DNA of 63,570 bases, the filler included, from Bdellovibrionota bacterium (lineage in GTDB: Bacteria > Bdellovibrionota > Bdellovibrionia > Bdellovibrionales > JAEYZS01): assembly GCA_963169515.1 (NCBI GenBank). It is 4 parts of 4 records of this genome, joined end to end, with 100 filler letters (N's around TTAATTAATTAA, not from the genome) between each part and the next. Parts side by side here need not be neighbours in the genome. Positions count along the whole stretch, not along the records: positions 24,761 to 49,374 come from CAUJEF010000024.1; 3 more parts are not named here. One strand, written 5' to 3'. The notes under the pieces were generated by a model. It was not told the origin of the DNA and ran no database searches. It was given only the letters and a program-made list of their open reading frames with translations. The translations under genes were made by a program, and so were the position numbers. This document shows, in pieces, positions 30,906 through 40,654 of the stretch. Numbering within the stretch: position 1 is the stretch's first letter; each line of letters opens with the position of its first letter.

Positions 30906-32162
30906 CTACATCAAATCTAACATCAACACGCCTGGATTTTCCAGACGCTCAATTAATGACCTTAAAAACCGAGCTGCAACTGCGCCATCTATTAAACGAT
31001 GGTCCGCTGTTAATGTTAGATTCATAGTTTTCATTGACGACAATTCACCGTTTTTTATTACTGGCTTTTCAGCAATTTTATACATCCCTAAAATAGCGAC
31101 TTCGGGGTGGTTAATAATCGGAGTTGCGTACGTTCCCGCTACACTTCCAATATTAGTGATGCTGATCGTTCCACCTTTCATATCGTCTGGGGTGAGCTTA
31201 TTCGCCTTTGCCTTTTCCGCAAGAATCATAATTTCATGGGAAATTTCCATGATTGTTTTGCGGTCTGCATGTTTAATTACCGGAACCAACAAGCCCTGTG
31301 GCGTGTCTGCTGCAAAACCGATATTAAAATATTTTTTATAAACAATTTCACCAGCCTCATCATCAATCGAAGCATTTACTTCTGGAAAATCTCTCAAGGT
31401 TGTAATCAAGGCTTTCATAACAAATGGCAAATAGGTAACCTTGAGCCCAGTCTTTTCTGCCTTTGCTTTCAGTTTCTCACGCATCTCCACAAGATCTGTC
31501 ACATTACATTCATCCATAATAGTAAAATGCGGAATAATATGTTTTGCTTGTTGCATTTTTTCTGCAATTTTTCGGCGAATTCCCACCATCTTTACACGCT
31601 CTTCTGTTTCGCCAGAGACTCCCTCATACCGAGGGGCTTTTAGCGGCGGGGCCGATGGAGCCCCGCCTCGATTAATAACATCTTGTTGTGTGACTCGGCC
31701 CAATTCACCCGTACCTTGAATTTGATTTATATCGACATTCATTTCACGCGCTAACCTACGAGTTGCAGGAGTTGCCAAAACGGCACTTAACGCTGCCGGT
31801 GGATACACGTCCAAGCCTGTCCCGTGCGTACCATGACCATTGCTCGATTTTGTAACTGTATTTTTAGGCACCTCTGCTTTAGGCTTTTCTGTTTTGGGGG
31901 TCGTTGCCGTTGCTGCTGCCCCGCCCGTTTCAATTGTCAGCATTGTGCCGCCGATGGGAATTCTATCGCCTGGATTTGCTTTCAAATCTTTAACCGTACC
32001 AATAAGTGGGGATGGAATTTCCACAGTCGCTTTATCTGTCATAACCTCTGCAATCGGCTGATCAACTTTAAGACTGTCCCCAGGCTTCACCAACCATTTT
32101 ACCAATTCTCCTTCGGTAACGCCCTCGCCGACATCTGGTAATTTGAATTCCGTCAATGCCAT
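30906..32162 (-). CDS. pdhC: 2-oxo acid dehydrogenase E2 (dihydrolipoamide acyltransferase), single lipoyl domain
   Basis: MTDKA lipoyl-Lys, ATPATRRLARE E3-binding domain, DHRLIDG. Confidence 0.85.
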   Translation of the reverse strand: MALTEFKLPDVGEGVTEGELVKWLVKPGDSLKVDQPIAEVMTDKATVEIPSPLIGTVKDLKANPGDRIPIGGTMLTIETGGAAATATTPKTEKPKAEVPKNTVTKSSNGHGTHGTGLDVYPPAALSAVLATPATRRLAREMNVDINQIQGTGELGRVTQQDVINRGGAPSAPPLKAPRYEGVSGETEERVKMVGIRRKIAEKMQQAKHIIPHFTIMDECNVTDLVEMREKLKAKAEKTGLKVTYLPFVMKALITTLRDFPEVNASIDDEAGEIVYKKYFNIGFAADTPQGLLVPVIKHADRKTIMEISHEIMILAEKAKANKLTPDDMKGGTISITNIGSVAGTYATPIINHPEVAILGMYKIAEKPVIKNGELSSMKTMNLTLTADHRLIDGAVAARFLRSLIERLENPGVLMLDLM

Positions 32163-32163
32163 A

Positions 32164-33096
32164 TTAAACTCCTACGGTTGCCGCAGTTCCCGGCTTTATG
32201 ACTTTAATTTTATTTTTCTCAATCATGCCTTTCATAAAAAACTCTCCCGCACGATAAGAACTTCGAACAAGCGGTCCGCTTGCTACATACAAGAATCCCA
32301 AGCTCTCTGAAACTTTATGCCAATATTCGAATTTTTCTGGTGTTACATACTCAGCGACTTTTAATTTTGTTGCTGTCGGTTGCAAATACTGTCCCAGTGT
32401 TACAACGTCACAGCCCACAGATCGCAGGTCCTTCAGCGTTTGCAGCACTTCCTCATCAGTTTCGCCCAGGCCCAACATGATTGAGGATTTTGTATAAATT
32501 TCGGGATCTAATTTTTTAATTGTTGTCAGAACATCCATTGTTTGTTTGTACGTCGCACGCGGATCACGCACTTTAGGGGTTAAGCGCTCAACCGTTTCGA
32601 TATTATGTGCGAATACGTGTGGTTTTGCCTTCACAATTCGGGCAATGCAGTCTGTGTTACCTCTAAAATCCGGGGTTAGAACTTCAATGATCAAGCGGTC
32701 GTTATTATTTTTAATAGTTTCAATTGTGCGACCAAAATGGTCGGAGCCCTGGTCCGGAAGATCGTCACGGTTCACGCTTGTGATCACAACATAGTCCAAG
32801 GCCATTTGGCTAATTGCCCACCCTACTTTTTCTGGCTCATCCTTATCGATTGCTCCCCGTGGATTTCCCGTTTTCACAGCACAAAACCGACACCCACGCG
32901 TGCAAACTTCACCCATCAGCATAAAGGTTGCGGTTCCCCCTCCCCAACATTCGGCAATGTTCGGGCAGCGGGCCTCTTGACACACTGTTGCAAGCTTCAA
33001 ATCCGCTAGCATATCTTTGATTTTTAGATAGGAATCACCTGCTGGCGGACGAACTTTAATCCACGACGGTTTTGGTTTGGAAGGGGGGGCTGACAT
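32164..33096 (-). CDS. lipA: Lipoyl synthase
   Basis: CQEARCPNIAEC, CTRGCRFC, VRSSY. Confidence 0.97.
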   Translation of the reverse strand: MSAPPSKPKPSWIKVRPPAGDSYLKIKDMLADLKLATVCQEARCPNIAECWGGGTATFMLMGEVCTRGCRFCAVKTGNPRGAIDKDEPEKVGWAISQMALDYVVITSVNRDDLPDQGSDHFGRTIETIKNNNDRLIIEVLTPDFRGNTDCIARIVKAKPHVFAHNIETVERLTPKVRDPRATYKQTMDVLTTIKKLDPEIYTKSSIMLGLGETDEEVLQTLKDLRSVGCDVVTLGQYLQPTATKLKVAEYVTPEKFEYWHKVSESLGFLYVASGPLVRSSYRAGEFFMKGMIEKNKIKVIKPGTAATVGV

Positions 33097-33169
33097 TTTT
33101 TGCTCTCCAATTTCGACTTGTTTTATAACTTAGAGTTTAACGGAAAACCAACGAAAAAGGGAACTTGGA

Positions 33170-33934
33170 ATGCAATATCACAGACCTTTATTAGAGGGTA
33201 TCCTCGTAAAACGCTACAAGCGTTTTTTCGCTGATGTTGACTATAACGGAAAGACAATTTTGGCTCACGTTCCGAACTCAGGCAGTATGAAAGGTTGCAG
33301 TGAACCTGGCAGTCCCTGCCGTTTCACTTTCGATGACAGTCCCACGCGTAAAATTAAATACACGCTACAGATGGTGAGGTCTTCCCAGTCTTGGGTCGGG
33401 GTTAATACTCAAGTGCCAAACAAAATCGTATTCGAAGCATTTGAAAAAAAATTATTGCCACATTGGCGGAAGTTTAACTGCGGACAACGCGAGGTTGCGA
33501 TCAATGGAAAAACTCGAATCGATTTTGCATTTTGGAAAAATCGATCTAGAAAAGAGGCCTCCCTTAAAGATAAGATCGAATTTAAATCTATCAACTTAAA
33601 AAAATCGAAGAAAAAGTTTCATTTTGTCGAGGTTAAAAACGTAAGCCTTTCTGAAGACGGCACGGCACTATTTCCAGACTCTGTTACCGAACGTGGCCAA
33701 AAGCACTTGAAAGAGCTGATACAACTTGTTGAGTGGGGCCATTCAGCAGAAATTTTATTTACAATTCAAAGAATGGATGTTGAAAGATTTGCGCCTGCCG
33801 ATCACATTGATGCAGAGTATGGAAAACTTCTTCGGCGCGCAAATAAAAAGGGCGTGATAATCACGCCCCTTTTATGTCATCTGACCGAAAAAGAAGTTCT
33901 TCTTACCAAGAAGACTCTTCCCTTACTTCTTTAA
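33170..33934 (+). CDS. sfsA: SfsA nuclease-fold protein
   Basis: RYKRFFADV, HVPNSGSM, EVKNVSL, FPDSVTERGQKHL. Confidence 0.93.
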   Translation: MQYHRPLLEGILVKRYKRFFADVDYNGKTILAHVPNSGSMKGCSEPGSPCRFTFDDSPTRKIKYTLQMVRSSQSWVGVNTQVPNKIVFEAFEKKLLPHWRKFNCGQREVAINGKTRIDFAFWKNRSRKEASLKDKIEFKSINLKKSKKKFHFVEVKNVSLSEDGTALFPDSVTERGQKHLKELIQLVEWGHSAEILFTIQRMDVERFAPADHIDAEYGKLLRRANKKGVIITPLLCHLTEKEVLLTKKTLPLLL

Positions 33935-34696
33935 TTGTTTCTCGATAATTTTATCGAATTCATCCGCACCGTAAGCACCACGAATAGAAACGCCATTTAC
34001 CAGAAACCCTGGGGTTCCTGTGAAGCCAAATGTACGTGCCTCGTCCATGTCTGCTTGAATTTGATCCTTTACTTTTGCAGAATCCAGATCCGATTTTAAT
34101 TTACCCATATCTGCGCCAACTTTGCGTGCAGCTTCTTTTAAGTAATCTTCCTTTTTTGATTTCAGCTTGTCCTGATTTTCAAAAATCATGTTGTGAAATT
34201 GGTGTGCTTTATCCAGCGATTGCATTGCAATCGCTTCATAGTAGCGGGCTGACGGCATTGCCATCGGATGAAAATCCAGCGGTAAGTGCTTGTAAATGAA
34301 TTTTATTTTATCACCATATTTCTTTTTAACTTCGTTTACGGTATCGAATCCTTTTTTGCAAAATGGACATTCGAAATCAGAATACTCAACGATCGTTATC
34401 GGTGCGTCTTTCTTACCCACAATTCGTGAATCGTCCACCTTTGGCGTCTTCGGATTTGCAAACTCATCTTCGCGCTCTTTTTCAGCTTGCTTTTCGCGAT
34501 CTTCGAATTGCTTTTTCTGTGCATTTCGAACCGCCGTGTTCAATGAGTCCATTATTTGAGTTGGATTTTTTTCAATTGCGTTTGTTAAAATGTCTGGATT
34601 TTCTTCCAGCATTTTTTTCAACTGATCTTTGCCTGGAGTACACGCAGAAAGCACGAATGCAAGCACGCCGATGAGTATGAAATTAAAACTTTTCAA
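33923..34696 (-). CDS. DsbA-family thiol-disulfide oxidoreductase lipoprotein
   Basis: LSAC lipobox, EYSDFECPFC, GTPGF; TTG start after GGAGGT. Confidence 0.9.
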   Translation of the reverse strand: MKSFNFILIGVLAFVLSACTPGKDQLKKMLEENPDILTNAIEKNPTQIMDSLNTAVRNAQKKQFEDREKQAEKEREDEFANPKTPKVDDSRIVGKKDAPITIVEYSDFECPFCKKGFDTVNEVKKKYGDKIKFIYKHLPLDFHPMAMPSARYYEAIAMQSLDKAHQFHNMIFENQDKLKSKKEDYLKEAARKVGADMGKLKSDLDSAKVKDQIQADMDEARTFGFTGTPGFLVNGVSIRGAYGADEFDKIIEKQLKK

Positions 34697-34784
34697 GTAA
34701 ACCTCCAATATCGTAAAATGCGAACATATCTTATCTGAGCTAATATCTTGGCGAATTCAGAACACTTTTAAAAGTGTTAACACC

Positions 34785-35717
34785 TTATGTTAGGGAATGA
34801 ATTTTTCCGACCGGTCCCCGCTCTCCCAACCTCACGCCCAGCCCCTTTTCTGCCACTGCCCGTTGTACGACACCCAATCCAAAAATCTCTCCCTCTTCTA
34901 GGCAATGAATTTGCCCCATGCTTCCGACAAGATCATTATCGACAAATAAACCTATGGCTTTATCAGATGAAATTCTTTTAATTTCGTCTTCACTTGCTTT
35001 TAATGTGAGCCGTACTAATTTTTTTGCTGGCTTCCCATAGGTGTAGATTTTTTCAACAACTTCTTGCCCAGGATAGCAACCTTTACCCCTGTCTATATAC
35101 CGGTCTAGGCCCATTTCCAAAATTTGGAAGCGAGTAACAAAGTCCGATTGGGCAGGGAACCCATAATACTCTTGAACTGCGTGAAATTCTTCGAAATCAA
35201 GAATTCTTAACGCTTGCGCCCTTACTACGGACAAAATGTCTTCTGCCTCACTTGCCCCCATCAGCGCACCTGGAATTCCCCAATTATCGATGGGCACTAT
35301 CAAAATACGTTTATCACCAATGTTTTCTTCGACGACTTTGTTGGTTATTGCAAATGGAATTTTATCACTTCGCAATTCAATCCATGATAGCTGATCATGA
35401 ACTTTTAGCTCTAACTTTTCAGTGAAATGCACTTTGTCCAACTCTTGAAGTAAGGTCTCATAACTTCCGACAAGCGGAAATAGCTCTGCCAAACCAGGGC
35501 CCCTGTTCCAACATTGAAAAAGATTGTGAACTTCTGATTTCCCTGAGAGCAGTGCGCCAGAAAAAGATTCGTTCACGTTGGCATCAGAAAATTTTCGAGT
35601 TGTTATTCGATTTAGAAAATCCCATGCGTCTGGTCCTTCGACCATGATCGAACTGAAGCTGCCACGATAGCAGGCAAGGCCGGTTGATTTAAATTTTTTT
35701 AGATCATTTTCAGTCAT
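34785..35717 (-). CDS. ygfZ: Folate-binding Fe-S/tRNA-modification protein YgfZ
   Basis: KGCYPGQE signature; GPDAWDFL. Confidence 0.85.
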   Translation of the reverse strand: MTENDLKKFKSTGLACYRGSFSSIMVEGPDAWDFLNRITTRKFSDANVNESFSGALLSGKSEVHNLFQCWNRGPGLAELFPLVGSYETLLQELDKVHFTEKLELKVHDQLSWIELRSDKIPFAITNKVVEENIGDKRILIVPIDNWGIPGALMGASEAEDILSVVRAQALRILDFEEFHAVQEYYGFPAQSDFVTRFQILEMGLDRYIDRGKGCYPGQEVVEKIYTYGKPAKKLVRLTLKASEDEIKRISSDKAIGLFVDNDLVGSMGQIHCLEEGEIFGLGVVQRAVAEKGLGVRLGERGPVGKIHSLT

Positions 35718-35816
35718 AAAAAGAAGAGGTTATCTTGCCTGACCAACGTCTGTGGGACAAGTGTTTTTGGTCCCCTTTACCTTAAACGCTTGGGATAATT
35801 GAACCGAGGGGGCGAA

Positions 35817-36353
35817 ATGAAGGTTAAAAGCGTTATTCTCGATGCAACACTTCCCACGACAAATACGTCAAACGCCTCGCTTTGGCTATACAACAACCAA
35901 CATCTGATCGATTGGCAAATCAAAAAAATTCAAGCCTCGGGACGTGCGGCGATTGTAGCGATTGGAAATGACGGCGATGAAATTTTGAGGCTCGGAAAGC
36001 ACTTAGATCTTTGTGATCTTGTTTTCACCTCTGATAACATTACGGGTTCGGGATTGCTCGCAGGACTTCATGGTACGGGGGTCTGCACGTTTTACCTTCC
36101 TGTTTCTGTTCCCTATCCCCCGGAAGCTATTTGGGCCGAGCTTGAAAAGCAACATATGCAACTTCCATATAATCACACAACCCATATTATAAAACCGAAT
36201 TTCGATATCGAAACTTATCCGTGGCTAATCACAAAGTTGGGACGGGATACAATTCTGACATCTGGTAAATTCGACCCTCAAGACCTTGGTCAGAGAAGTG
36301 TCGCAATCGATCCCCATTTAAGTTCAAATTTTCCAACAAAAACAAACGGTTGA
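35817..36353 (+). CDS. Degenerate MobA/MocA-like nucleotidyltransferase-fold protein
   Basis: VILDA..., GSGLLAGL, LPVSVP; ATG after GAGGGGG. Confidence 0.45.
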   Translation: MKVKSVILDATLPTTNTSNASLWLYNNQHLIDWQIKKIQASGRAAIVAIGNDGDEILRLGKHLDLCDLVFTSDNITGSGLLAGLHGTGVCTFYLPVSVPYPPEAIWAELEKQHMQLPYNHTTHIIKPNFDIETYPWLITKLGRDTILTSGKFDPQDLGQRSVAIDPHLSSNFPTKTNG

Positions 36354-36438
36354 TTGGCCCATAAGTCCTTGACAATTCAGCACTAAAATCCGATACCAAC
36401 ATAGATTTCAAATCAACAAAATTTCGAAAGGTTCAACC

Positions 36439-39207
36439 GTGGCTATAAAGCCAAACATCAAAATTTTAAATTCAATTTCAAAGCGGGCCCTTTACTATGC
36501 AACTCAAATGATAGCGATCGCCAATACTCGCGCTGATAAAGAAAAGGGAGACCCAAAAATCGGCGGCCATCCCGCCGCATCGTCGAGTGCATTACATATT
36601 TTGGGCGCTCTTCATTTGTATGTTAAATCAGGTTTTGATCATATGGCTGTAAAACCCCACGCCTCTCCTGCTGATCATTCATATAATTACTTACTCGATT
36701 TGCTTTTAGAAAACGATTTGTCAAAAATGTCGGATGATCGCTCCCATCAAGCGATGTTTGGTTTGCGCGCATACCCAAAAGATGGCGAACCCGTTTTTCA
36801 ATCTTATCACTCAGCCTACGACCCAGATCATCACAACTTTTTTCCGTCTGGTACCGTTGGCATACCCCCTGTTAATGCAGGATATCTCGCCCTGGCCTAC
36901 CGATATGCAAAAGACCACGGATACGCCGTCCCCGAAAACGCACATTTTTGGTGCGTGATTGGAGATTCCGAGTTTCGCGAAGGGTCCTTGTACGAGGCGC
37001 TTCCTGATTTTGCAGAACGCGAGATCGGAAATTTAACTTGGATTGTCGACTATAACCGCCAAAGCTTAGATGGCCATCGAATCACAAATAAAAAAATAAT
37101 GGATGGAACAGATGATTTACGAATTATGCGAACGGCCGAGGCCAACGGCTGGGAAGTCATAAATGTAAAGCATGGCGCTCTACGCAAAAAATTGTTTGCG
37201 ACCGAAAATGGAAAGCTATTTGAGACGTTTTTGGATTCAAAACTTGAAGACTACGAATTTCAAGCATTGCTGCTTTTAAAGGATCCAAAAGAGTTAAAAA
37301 AAGCGCTTCTAAAATATGAGTCACAATTAAAGCCGTTTCTCAACACCGTGAGCGATGAAGACCTCTTCCTGGCTTTTCGCGATTTAGGCGGCCATGATTT
37401 CGAAAGCCTCATCGAAGCCATGGAGTTGTCAAAAAAGAACGCTCGAAGACCGACCTTGATTATTGCCCACACCATTAAGGGTTGGGGCCTTCGCAACGCC
37501 GCGGCCCCTGGCAACCACTCTAGCCTTCCTTCCTCTGAAGAAATCGACGCCCTTCGCGAATCGCAAGGAATTTCTAAAGAAAGGCTGTTTGAAAAATTTG
37601 ATTCTTCAACTCCAGAAGCAAAATACTTAAAAGAACGAGGTGAAAAGCTATACAGCGAAATTAAGGCACAAAATAAATTAAAAGAAAAAAATAAAAAGTA
37701 TTTTGTGGAAACCTTTGAAAAAAGCGGCGAATTCCCAATCTCCCTCGATATTAATTTTAAGATGGCGAATTACCCCCACACTCAGTGGATGTTGGGTCAA
37801 TTAACTGCCAAACTAACTCGTATTGCCAATACGGCACTTGACAAAAAGAATCTGAAAGAGAACCAAAAAGAGCTCTCCGAAACAGAGCGGCTTTTGAAGG
37901 TTCCCGCAGAACTTTTGGTTTCAATGGCTCCTGACGTTGGAACATCAACAAACCTGAATCCCGCGATGGACGGAAAAGTATTCGGTGCCGAGGTGACCCG
38001 GGATTATGAACTTGAGCTTGACGTGAAAGATCACAAGCTCCCCGATCTCGTCCCAGGAGAAGACAATTCAGATCGCTTTTTGCGTTTTGAAATTGCAGAG
38101 GGCAACGTAATGTCTTGTATGGGCTCCTTCGGACGTCTTCGCGATTTATTGGGTATTCCGATAATGCCACTGATGACCGTATACGACTTCTTCGTCAAGC
38201 GAGCGCTCGATCAATTTTTCTATAATCTGTACTGGAAATCGAGTTTCATTCTCGTGGGGACGCCATCGGGCGTGACACTTTCACCAGAGGGCGCACAGCA
38301 TGGTTGGAAAAGCGACATTCAAATCCCCAATCAAGTAACTTGGGAGCCGTTCTATTGCCAAGAGTTAGATTGGATTTTTTGTCATACTCTGAAAAATCAT
38401 TTTTATTTCGACAATAAAGAGCAATCGGGAACATTTATTCGTGGTACCACACGTGGGGTCGACCAAAAAGAGTTTTTGAATCGTTTAAAAAGGCACAAGA
38501 CCTATAAAAAAAATGTTAACGGACATTTGTTAAACTTGGGGCAAGAAACCTATGAGACCATGAGTGAGGCAGACATTTTGAAAAATGTCCGGAAAGACGT
38601 TCTACAAGGTGGCTATTATCTTATCGATTATCGTGGTTATGAGGGATATGAGCCCGGCGATAACGTCGTGAACATTTTTGCAATGGGATCGTTAGGCACT
38701 GAAGCAATTATTGCATCCGACAAACTATTGGAGCGCGGTATTTTTGCAAATGTGATTATCGTTACCAGCCCTGATTTATTAATTGGAAATCTGGCTAAAG
38801 AAAACGACTACTACCACTTAAAACATAGTCTCAATATTCATTCACAACTGTTTTTGCGTCCAGTCGAAAGCACGGCCGATGTTATTACACTGGCTGGTCG
38901 GCGCATCCCCATCGTGAGCGTTCACGATGGCGAGCCTGGTTTACTGGATAATATTGGTTCAATCATCGGTGTTCGCCATGAATGTTTGGCTGTCCGCAAA
39001 CATTCCAAATGTGGTCGCCCCAGCGATGTTTACACACTTCACGGCATTGACGCGGATGCCATTGTTGATGCTTGCGGTTTAGTCTTGTCGGAAACTGCGC
39101 TAGAGCAAATTCAAATTCCGCAGTCTGTCTTTGCAGGTATAGAAACACACACGCCAGTACAGGTTCAGAACTGGCGTGAGCTGTGGCCACAACAGTCTAA
39201 AGATTAG
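36439..39207 (+). CDS. aceE: Pyruvate dehydrogenase E1, single-chain AceE/transketolase-like
   Basis: GGHPA, KPHASP, GDSE...N ThDP motif, YNRQSLDG, EGAQH. Confidence 0.8.
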   Translation: MAIKPNIKILNSISKRALYYATQMIAIANTRADKEKGDPKIGGHPAASSSALHILGALHLYVKSGFDHMAVKPHASPADHSYNYLLDLLLENDLSKMSDDRSHQAMFGLRAYPKDGEPVFQSYHSAYDPDHHNFFPSGTVGIPPVNAGYLALAYRYAKDHGYAVPENAHFWCVIGDSEFREGSLYEALPDFAEREIGNLTWIVDYNRQSLDGHRITNKKIMDGTDDLRIMRTAEANGWEVINVKHGALRKKLFATENGKLFETFLDSKLEDYEFQALLLLKDPKELKKALLKYESQLKPFLNTVSDEDLFLAFRDLGGHDFESLIEAMELSKKNARRPTLIIAHTIKGWGLRNAAAPGNHSSLPSSEEIDALRESQGISKERLFEKFDSSTPEAKYLKERGEKLYSEIKAQNKLKEKNKKYFVETFEKSGEFPISLDINFKMANYPHTQWMLGQLTAKLTRIANTALDKKNLKENQKELSETERLLKVPAELLVSMAPDVGTSTNLNPAMDGKVFGAEVTRDYELELDVKDHKLPDLVPGEDNSDRFLRFEIAEGNVMSCMGSFGRLRDLLGIPIMPLMTVYDFFVKRALDQFFYNLYWKSSFILVGTPSGVTLSPEGAQHGWKSDIQIPNQVTWEPFYCQELDWIFCHTLKNHFYFDNKEQSGTFIRGTTRGVDQKEFLNRLKRHKTYKKNVNGHLLNLGQETYETMSEADILKNVRKDVLQGGYYLIDYRGYEGYEPGDNVVNIFAMGSLGTEAIIASDKLLERGIFANVIIVTSPDLLIGNLAKENDYYHLKHSLNIHSQLFLRPVESTADVITLAGRRIPIVSVHDGEPGLLDNIGSIIGVRHECLAVRKHSKCGRPSDVYTLHGIDADAIVDACGLVLSETALEQIQIPQSVFAGIETHTPVQVQNWRELWPQQSKD

Positions 39208-39285
39208 CTATCTGGACCAACCTACGGTTTCAGTCTGGTTCACTCAGCTTTGACCATAACACACCGAATAGTTTAATGACTCTAT

Positions 39286-39837
39286 ATGAAACGCTTATTT
39301 GTTATATCTTTATTTTTACTTGTTTGTCAGACGGCCTTCGCTCAATCAAATGATAAAGCCGGTATCGTCGTTTTCCCGTCGTTTGTTTTTAGCTCAGATT
39401 CGAGCGTAAATGAATCAAGCCGTAATCATTTTTTATTTGATTTTCGTAGTGGTTATATCAATGATGCGGGGTTGTATTTCGGAGTTCTATTCACGTCGAT
39501 GACTGGAAACGGATCGAATTATTCCGTGAACCAAACAACTTTGGGAAATTCGTTTGGCTATTTTTTAGGAAATTTTGGAGCGATATTAAGCCTTCATTTG
39601 ACAGCTAAGCGTAAAGAAAAATCTTTGGCACAGACGGTTACGCTCTCTGAAGGAATTGGTTTTCAGTTTGATTTTTTATATCTTGTTCCGCTCAGTTCGT
39701 GGTTTTCTCTTGATCTTATTTTAAGCTATCGAAATATTAACTTCGACAAGCAACAGATTTCTGGTGGAAACTTACAGGCCGTTTCTCAAAATACGTCCAA
39801 CTTCTCACCTTTTTTGGGATTCCTCATTCACTTCTGA
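39286..39837 (+). CDS. Small outer-membrane beta-barrel protein
   Basis: Signal peptide AFA, beta-strands, C-terminal Phe. Confidence 0.7.
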   Translation: MKRLFVISLFLLVCQTAFAQSNDKAGIVVFPSFVFSSDSSVNESSRNHFLFDFRSGYINDAGLYFGVLFTSMTGNGSNYSVNQTTLGNSFGYFLGNFGAILSLHLTAKRKEKSLAQTVTLSEGIGFQFDFLYLVPLSSWFSLDLILSYRNINFDKQQISGGNLQAVSQNTSNFSPFLGFLIHF

Positions 39838-40263
39838 TTGATCGCGTAGTCCATCAAAATTGCATTTGAGATTTTCAGCGTACATTTTTCGCATTAGTAT
39901 CGCAGTGGAACGGCGCCCATATTTTATGAAACTTTCATATAGGACCCAGCCATTTTTTTCATTTCTCAGTCGAGATATCTCCCTATCTTCCCTACAAACC
40001 AAATCTCCTTGCTCCCAGTCACAGTTGATTCGCACCCGAGAAAATTGAAACGCTCCATTGCCCATATTTCCCGTAGTTAAAAGCGCTTCGTGAGCAAAGT
40101 ATTTATCTGCATATGGGGACTGTCTTATTTGCAAATTGACTTCTACCAGTGTGCTCATGGGTAACCGACCCGAACACTCCACCAGCGCCTTGCCGGTTGT
40201 GGGCTTTGAAAGGCACATTCCGCCGCAAAAAAAAATGGTCAAAATAAGAGTAATTTGTTTCAT
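39805..40263 (-). CDS. Secreted Cys-containing hypothetical protein
   Basis: Signal peptide MKQITLILTIFF; preceded by sigma54 motif. Confidence 0.65.
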   Translation of the reverse strand: MKQITLILTIFFCGGMCLSKPTTGKALVECSGRLPMSTLVEVNLQIRQSPYADKYFAHEALLTTGNMGNGAFQFSRVRINCDWEQGDLVCREDREISRLRNEKNGWVLYESFIKYGRRSTAILMRKMYAENLKCNFDGLRDQSEVNEESQKR

Positions 40264-40275
40264 TGCCCAGTCATT

Positions 40276-40292
40276 CAGCAAACCAAGTGCCG
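40276..40292 (-). promoter_or_regulatory. Sigma54 -24/-12 promoter
   Basis: CGGCACTTGGTTTGCT = GG-N10-GC, near consensus. Confidence 0.65.
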
Positions 40293-40560
40293 CCGCCTGC
40301 CCCCAGTTCTTTTGCTATAATGATTATGGTCAGGAGATTTTTTCCCTTTCCATCCCTTTTACGGCACATTGAAAAGGCCATAGACATTTTTGATAAACGA
40401 TAGTAATTTCAATATGTTATGTTAGAATAAAATTTGCTCTATAGCCATTTCTGCTGTTTACTTGTTTCCAGCATCGCTTAATTTGTTTTGATTTGTAATA
40501 TATCCACCACATCACTGGCATTGCCCTTGCTTTATATAACAGTAATCCATCCCTCCCCCT

Positions 40561-40598
40561 AAGCGGCGCTGGTCCCCCCACCAAGCCGCTTTTTTTTT
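40561..40598 (+). terminator. Rho-independent terminator
   Basis: AAGCGGC/GCCGCTT stem with inner TGGT/ACCA pairing, followed by a T run. Confidence 0.75.
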
Positions 40599-40654
40599 GC
40601 AACTTGCGCCAAAATCCACAATAAGCTATTCAGAGGGTCTCTATAGGGTGGGGA

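Noticed and set aside
40417..40602. 61-aa minus-strand ORF in the intergenic region
   Set aside because: Begins inside the terminator A-run, has no SD or recognisable pattern; better explained as non-coding
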